Assembly: GCA_963728565.1 (NCBI GenBank)
Contig: CAVSLC010000028.1
Span: 64,001-128,000, forward strand
DNA length: 64,000 nucleotides
Direction of reading: 5' to 3'
Origin: an uncultured delta proteobacterium
GTDB lineage: Bacteria > Desulfobacterota > Binatia > UBA9968
A program made the translations under genes and the position numbers. The notes under the pieces were generated by a model. That model did no database searches, was not told the origin of the DNA, and was given only the letters and a program-made list of their open reading frames with translations. This document shows, piece after piece, positions 62,895 to 64,000 of this stretch. Positions within the stretch are counted from its first letter, which is position 1. Every line of letters starts with the position of its first letter.

Positions 62895-63668
62895 CTATGC
62901 CGACTGCCAGCCGATGAAACTGATCTGGCGGCCGGTTTCTTTTTTTTCTCGTCGATATGAAAAAAATTCATCTTTGGCGCAACTGGTACACGGACCGACT
63001 CGAAAGATCTGGCTTTGAGGAATGCCGGCGCGATGCAGAATAGTTTTATTTAGATTACGTAAATGAAGGTAGTTCTTATTATCTCTGGTCTCGATTGAAG
63101 AAATCGCGAGTTCAGCCCATTGTTCGATCAACGGCTGCGCTACGTCACGACCGATTTCATAGCAACACGAGTCAATTGACGGTCCAAGGGCAACTTCCAG
63201 CTCCGAAGGCAACACGCCATAATTTTCCAGAAAGAATTTGACTGTCTTGCCGGCGATTCCTTTCAGGGTTCCGCGCCATCCGGCGTGAACGACAGCGACG
63301 ATCCTCTGTTCCCGAGCGAGGAAAAGCATAGGCACGCAATCTGCTGTTAGGACCCCAAGGAAAGTATTCTGCTCGCGCGTCGCCATCCCGTCGGCCTCGC
63401 CGGCTTCTTTGAGGTGTGCGTCTTTGACCTCGATCAGGCAATCGCCATGAACCTGCCTCATAGTGACGATACGGCCATCATGGATTCCAACAGCTAGCTT
63501 CATATCACAGACGTTCTGGCTGACGATCCCGGCATCGTCACCGACGCGGTACGAAACATTGAGCCCGGCATAAGCTCCGACGCTTTTCCCACCCTGCCGC
63601 CCTATAAAGCCGTGCAGTAAACCTGTGTCGTTTCCCCACTGCGGGACTTTCAACCAGTTGATTTTCAT
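62895..63668 (-). CDS. pgeF: Peptidoglycan editing factor / purine nucleoside phosphorylase YfiH family
   Basis: QVHG, EADG, TADCVP, HAGWRG, GPSIDSCCYE, FFSYRR. Confidence 0.94.
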   Translation of the reverse strand: MKINWLKVPQWGNDTGLLHGFIGRQGGKSVGAYAGLNVSYRVGDDAGIVSQNVCDMKLAVGIHDGRIVTMRQVHGDCLIEVKDAHLKEAGEADGMATREQNTFLGVLTADCVPMLFLAREQRIVAVVHAGWRGTLKGIAGKTVKFFLENYGVLPSELEVALGPSIDSCCYEIGRDVAQPLIEQWAELAISSIETRDNKNYLHLRNLNKTILHRAGIPQSQIFRVGPCTSCAKDEFFSYRREKKETGRQISFIGWQSA

Positions 63669-63793
63669 AGCCGGTATTATGTTTGGATCGTCCGCGCGAC
63701 GCAAGTCGATGGAAAAACTCCGGGCCGGTTATTCACTCTTGCATTGTGGCCCAATTTCGCCGAAATATACCCCCATAACTTCGGCAGTGCTAC

Positions 63794-64000
63794 ATGACCA
63801 ACGGACGATACATCGGCACGCTCAAACAAGCCGGCTTCTTCGCTTTCTTTTGTACCCAATTTCTCGGCGCCTTCAACGACAACTTTTATAAGATCGTCGT
63901 ATCTCTGGTGGCGCTCAACGCCGCAAGCCCGCAAAGCGACAGCTTATATGTCGACCTGATCGCCTTCCTCTTTATCCTGCCTTCCGCGCTCTTCTCCGGC
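63794..64000 (+). CDS. LplT/Aas-type MFS lysophospholipid transporter, N-terminus (runs off window)
   Basis: Hand translation MTNGRYIGTLKQAGFFAFFCTQFLGAFNDNFYK...LFILPSALFSG. Confidence 0.85.
   Translation, partial: MTNGRYIGTLKQAGFFAFFCTQFLGAFNDNFYKIVVSLVALNAASPQSDSLYVDLIAFLFILPSALFSG

Noticed and set aside
63677-63934. 85-aa minus-strand ORF upstream of pgeF (where rluD is often found)
   Set aside because: No pseudouridine synthase motifs; the plus strand encodes a clear LplT/Aas N-terminus

Overview
Bacterial chromosomal window with no rRNA, tRNA or CRISPR array visible. The gene content (many Bug/TctC and ABC solute-binding proteins, amidohydrolase, LLM and cyclase-family enzymes, a deltaproteobacterial-style Tad locus) suggests a Candidatus Binatia/Deltaproteobacteria-like organism; this is inference only. 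About 10 otherwise intact genes carry single indels, including biotin carboxylase and the Tad secretin, which points to long-read sequencing errors. Layout: (1) 1-29.3 kb is an accessory catabolic and transport region. It holds a decayed RAYT element, a recurring GTTC(A/C)A intergenic repeat family, a MITE, gene scars, and a minus-strand operon whose enzymes have lost canonical catalytic residues (two metal-less cyclase-fold paralogs and an atypical M20). (2) 29.5-47 kb is a Tad/Flp pilus locus with DsbA, sigma54 promoters, REC-GGDEF, histidine kinase and EAL signalling genes, and a GT-C-like membrane protein. (3) 47-51.4 kb is a stand-alone PaaA-like diiron protein, a 63-aa ORF and EtfBA, followed by a decayed pncB. 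(4) 51.6-64 kb is housekeeping: fabH, fabF, HDAC family, tat, pdaD, acyl-CoA carboxylase, an M24 peptidase, pgeF and the start of LplT/Aas. Best novelty candidates: an unannotated ~200-nt minus-strand transcription unit at 62.6-62.8 kb (consensus sigma70 promoter, 16-nt anti-16S SD, 14-aa CxxC peptide, alternative hairpins, terminator), the metal-less cyclase pair and its operon, the PaaA-like/ETF module, and the GTTC repeat family.
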